DNA from: Gammaproteobacteria bacterium
Lineage (GTDB): Bacteria; Pseudomonadota; Gammaproteobacteria; UBA4575
Length of the DNA: 64,000 nt
Assembly: GCA_965221955.1 (NCBI GenBank)
Contig: CBDCTA010000002.1
Span: 96,001-160,000, forward strand
Reading direction: 5' to 3'
Part shown: piece after piece, positions 62,196 through 64,000 of the stretch
How the letters are laid out: each line of letters starts with the position of its first letter
How positions within the stretch are numbered: position 1 is the first letter of the stretch
Position numbers and translations under genes: made by a program
Notes under the pieces: generated by a model
The model's input: only the letters and a program-made list of their open reading frames with translations
The model's database searches: none
Told to the model about the DNA's origin: nothing

Positions 62196-62718
62196 AAAAC
62201 GTTTGTTTTTTGGATTATTGCCCGATAAAGCTACTCATCAACAGTTGATTGAGCACTCAAGGTCTTTTCCTATTGTAAAAGGTGTCCGACCTGTGCCTAA
62301 AGATAATCTGCACATTACTTTATTATTTTTAGGTCACTTGGAAGCAAATGAGCGTAAGTGTTTGGAAAAAAAGATGGTACAAACATTTGTACAATCTTTT
62401 TCCTTGCGTTTTGACCTTTATGGCTACTTTAAATCTTCTCAAACATTGTGGCTTGGCTGTTCTTCCTATCCTATAGAATTAACTAGGCTTGTTAACCATC
62501 TAAAATCTATAGCGGAAAGTTGTGGTGCGAAAACTGATGAACGTATATATAAGCCACACATCACGTTATTCAAGAAAGTTCAGCAAGCAGAATTCCCTGA
62601 ACGACCTTTCACAATTACTTGGCGGACAAATGAATTTCATTTGCTGGAATCAGTACCGCATGAAAATACAACTCGATATAATGTACTTAAGACACATTCG
62701 TTTTTACAAGAAGAGTAA
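62188..62718 (+). CDS. thpR: RNA 2',3'-cyclic phosphodiesterase (2H family)
   Basis: RLFFG and two HxT motifs (LHITL, PHITL); ATG 62188 overlaps the pncC end. Confidence 0.88.
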   Translation: MAKKRLFFGLLPDKATHQQLIEHSRSFPIVKGVRPVPKDNLHITLLFLGHLEANERKCLEKKMVQTFVQSFSLRFDLYGYFKSSQTLWLGCSSYPIELTRLVNHLKSIAESCGAKTDERIYKPHITLFKKVQQAEFPERPFTITWRTNEFHLLESVPHENTTRYNVLKTHSFLQEE

Positions 62719-62807
62719 ATATAACTTGTGAAGTGTTCTTAGTGCTTCGAATGTGACAGTATTAATAAGTCAGCAATAATTATTCATATTTATCATAGAG
62801 GTGAGCA

Positions 62808-63869
62808 GTGGACGAGAATCGTAAGAAAGCACTAGTGGCCGCGCTGGGTCAAATCGAAAGACAATTTGGTAAAGGTGCAGTAATGCGCTTGGGAGATTCT
62901 ACTGCCGCGCGTGATGTTGAAGTAGTTTCTACTGGATCCTTGGCGTTGGATATCGCTTTAGGTATTGGCGGTTTGCCAAAAGGCCGTGTAATTGAAATTT
63001 ATGGTCCGGAATCTTCGGGTAAAACTACGCTTACTTTACAAGCGATTGCAGAATGTCAAAAGCAAGGCGGTACTGCTGCTTTTGTTGATGCAGAGCATGC
63101 ATTAGATCCGATATACGCTGAAAAAATTGGTGTGAATGTAGATGACCTTTTGGTTTCACAGCCTGATACAGGCGAACAAGCATTAGAAATTACTGATATG
63201 TTGGTTCGTTCTGGTGCTGTAGATATTGTTGTAGTGGATTCGGTTGCAGCATTAACGCCGCGTGCGGAAATTGAAGGTGATATGGGAGATTCGCACATGG
63301 GTTTGCAGGCGCGCCTCATGTCACAAGCACTGCGCAAGCTTACCGGTAACATTAAACGTTCTAACACCATGGTGATCTTTATTAACCAAATTCGTATGAA
63401 GATTGGTGTGATGTTTGGTAGCCCAGAAACCACTACAGGTGGCAATGCCTTGAAGTTTTACTCTTCTGTGCGCTTGGATATTCGTCGTATTGGCTCGATT
63501 AAGAAAGGCGATGAAATTCTTGGCAATGAAACCCGCGTTAAAGTAGTTAAAAATAAACTTGCACCTCCATTCAAGAAAGCCGAGTTTGAAATTCTATATG
63601 GAGAAGGCATTTCACGTTTGGGTGAGATCATAGATATGGGTGTTGAGCATGGCTTAGTCGACAAAGCAGGGTCTTGGTATAGCTACAATGGTGAACGCAT
63701 TGGTCAAGGAAAAGAAAATGCGCGCAGCTATTTAAAAGAGAACCCTGAAATGGCTGCTGAGATTGAAGAAAATTTACGTGCGCAATTATTGCCGAGTGAG
63801 GACGATATAAATCAAGATGCAGAGGCTGAACTTGACGCTCAAGCAGAGGAAGAAGCGACTGAAGCCTAA
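62808..63869 (+). CDS. recA: Recombinase RecA
   Basis: [34 protein letters not shown]. Confidence 0.97.
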   Translation: MDENRKKALVAALGQIERQFGKGAVMRLGDSTAARDVEVVSTGSLALDIALGIGGLPKGRVIEIYGPESSGKTTLTLQAIAECQKQGGTAAFVDAEHALDPIYAEKIGVNVDDLLVSQPDTGEQALEITDMLVRSGAVDIVVVDSVAALTPRAEIEGDMGDSHMGLQARLMSQALRKLTGNIKRSNTMVIFINQIRMKIGVMFGSPETTTGGNALKFYSSVRLDIRRIGSIKKGDEILGNETRVKVVKNKLAPPFKKAEFEILYGEGISRLGEIIDMGVEHGLVDKAGSWYSYNGERIGQGKENARSYLKENPEMAAEIEENLRAQLLPSEDDINQDAEAELDAQAEEEATEA

Positions 63870-64000
63870 TACTGATAAACAAGAGCGGTCCATACGCAAT
63901 ACTGCTCTTGATATTTTAGCCAGGCGTGAACACACACGCCTGGAACTCTCACGAAAACTTAAAGCTAAAGACTTTTCTGAGCACGAAATAGAGGAATTGC
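63859..64000 (+). CDS. recX: Regulatory protein RecX (5' part; start uncertain)
   Basis: Manual translation ...[28 protein letters not shown]... matches the RecX N-terminus. In-frame starts at 63817 (ATG), 63832 (TTG) or 63859 (CTG). Confidence 0.85.
   Translation, partial: MKPNTDKQERSIRNTALDILARREHTRLELSRKLKAKDFSEHEIEEL

Noticed and set aside
62720-62807. LexA (SOS) box upstream of recA
   Set aside because: No CTGT-N8-ACAG match found by eye.

Overview
AT-rich bacterial chromosomal window, probably gammaproteobacterial (judged from RecA, MutS, PrfC, CmoAB, BepA and FdxA). The first ~38 kb is one amide/methylamine catabolic region. It contains: (i) a two-subunit N,N-dimethylformamidase-like enzyme (dmfA1-dmfA2) followed by a Rieske-oxygenase homolog with rewired metal ligands, a cytoplasmic Sel1 protein and a small unknown protein; (ii) an Urt/Fmd-type amide ABC transporter; (iii) a second copy of its binding protein placed beside a hybrid histidine kinase and a NarL/LuxR regulator, with a shared ~55-bp promoter box upstream of both the dmf and transporter operons; (iv) the complete N-methylglutamate pathway (mgsABC-gmaS-mgdABCD) with an XRE-cupin regulator; (v) amiC-amiR, an ANTAR leader and amiE, followed by a CbbQ/CbbO-type AAA+/vWA pair and acs, with no Rubisco or NO reductase genes in the window. 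The remaining ~26 kb is mostly housekeeping: bepA, tusA, ilvN, ilvC, psd-like, pssA, leuA with a Leu-rich leader, udg, rimI, prfC, cmoA, frameshifted cmoB, addB-like, fdxA, mutS, pncC, thpR, recA and recX, plus a lone pilin-like gene coupled to a GGDEF-EAL sensor. The best novelty candidates are the CbbQO-like pair next to the amidase, the non-canonical Rieske protein in the DMFase operon, the binding-protein/kinase sensing module and the pilin/c-di-GMP pair. I saw no rRNA, tRNA or CRISPR array. All family calls come from motif recognition by eye, not database searches.
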